In this document: in pieces, positions 62,631 to 64,000 of the stretch | How the letters are laid out: each line of letters starts with the position of its first letter | Numbering within the stretch: position 1 is the first letter of the stretch | NCBI GenBank assembly: GCA_043228905.1 | Contig: JBHGNT010000005.1 | Location: 23,498,001 to 23,562,000 of the forward strand | Direction: 5' to 3' | Length of the DNA stretch: 64,000 nt | DNA from: Azolla caroliniana | Taxonomy: Eukaryota; Plantae; Polypodiophyta | Notes under the pieces: generated by a model | Told to the model about the DNA's origin: nothing | What the model saw: only the letters and a program-made list of their open reading frames with translations | Database searches by the model: none | Made by a program: the position numbers and the translations under genes

Positions 62631-64000
62631 TTTTTCATAGGCTCACATAGTCGCAATAGTCGACCAACCGGCCACAAAACAGTATGTGAGTAACCTCGTG
62701 ACAATGTCACATGTCCCCCTCCAATGACCAACATTTGCATGCTGACAGAACTATACATTTCTTACGACATGTTGGGATCGATGGGTAACGAATGCTAAAT
62801 AGAAGATGAATCCAAAATCTATTGATTTTATAGATAATATGACCTAAGAAGTTTGAAACTACCTAAAGATACAATGAACCAAGTGAGAGAAACATCACAC
62901 ACAAACCAAACAACATTCCCTAAATGGTTAGCAACAAATCAATGGTCATGATCAATAACAATAGTGAGTGAATGGTTGGTGGCAAATCGGTGGCCATGGG
63001 CAACACCAAATTGCCATTAACTAGCAATGGCAATAATAGTTGGGGGGATATCTCATTATTGGCCAAATTTGACCTTTCATGGGTCAAACTTTGACATATC
63101 CTTCTCATCTCATCCATGTTCTTATCTTATCGTTATTTTTTCTTTCTTTTGCATTTTATTGGTCTTTCCTTCAAACCACTCACTCTCTTTCATGTTGTTG
63201 AGCGAGCCTAGCGTTGAAGGGAATGTATGCATAATATCTGTGTGTGATCCAGAGTAAATGGGGTTATGATAGTAATACACCATTAAAGGAAGTGGAATCA
63301 TTATGTGTAGAAGAAACATATAATTCTCTTCGATTACATATGTAGATTGGTTATTATCACCAAGTTTAAGTAACATCTTGTGGGTTGTGATAACTTTATT
63401 TGCATGTAATGTTCCACCCCCTTGATATATGATGCATTTAGGCACTCCCTTGTGCACACTTACTCTCTCTCAATACACCTCACTTGCATTCTCTTGCATA
63501 AAACCAATGGAATGAGAAGAAGGAACGACAAATGAAAGGAGCAGATAACAAAAAGCAACACCAATCCTACTCATTAATGAACCTCAATTAAAGGATTACA
63601 ATGAAGTAGGGTAAATCATTTCTCACCTTCCCAATACTAAGAGAACGAAGGCTACATTTGATGAATTCCTTCTCCCCCACTACTCCTAATTCTCATATCT
63701 CATTGTTTAACACATGTATCCTTTTATATGATGTTATATGTCCCTCACCCGATAAACAACAATTCCATAACAATTGGAGCAACATAAGTCCATGCACCGT
63801 AACTTACCCACCACATACCACATGCCCCATAAGTGAAAATAGAGTAGGTGAGAGGCCAATTAGATCACCTAAAGGAACCACTTTGAACACAACCAGAGAA
63901 CTCATGACTATGAGATGAGAGACATAATTGGGAAACATCGAGAGGTTGAGTCAAGACTCCTCAAACATGATAGTATAATTGATACAAGATGTCTTGTGTG

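Noticed and set aside
62640-64000. Short ORFs at the window end
   Set aside because: No recognisable motifs or splice structure.

Overview
Eukaryotic (land-plant) nuclear DNA. A non-seed plant such as a fern or lycophyte is inferred from the PLS-type PPR fragment, RTE-X-like LINEs and Sola-like elements, but this is not proven. Only two intact host genes are present: an ALY/REF (THO4) mRNA-export adaptor (minus, 5 exons, 266-4301) and a group-II GH3 auxin-amido synthetase (plus, 4 exons, 49324-52027) with a dense AuxRE/G-box promoter. Between them lies a transposon pile-up whose nesting can be read from target-site duplications (TSDs). One L1 LINE bounded by (GA)n at both ends (11604-38721, minus) was expanded from about 4 kb to 27 kb by three insertions: (i) a TIR element with a 4-bp TSD carrying a Sola-like transposase tail and a foldback element; (ii) a solo LTR hosting a copia element and a gypsy remnant; (iii) a second copia whose 5' LTR holds a hAT transposon carrying an antisense PPR fragment. 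The most notable signals are the PPR-carrying hAT with mismatched termini, two LINE clades associated with (GA/CT)n microsatellites, Sola-type DNA transposons, and a 1.1-kb repeat-rich insert with a 15-bp TSD. All coordinates and alignments were read by eye; no searches were run.
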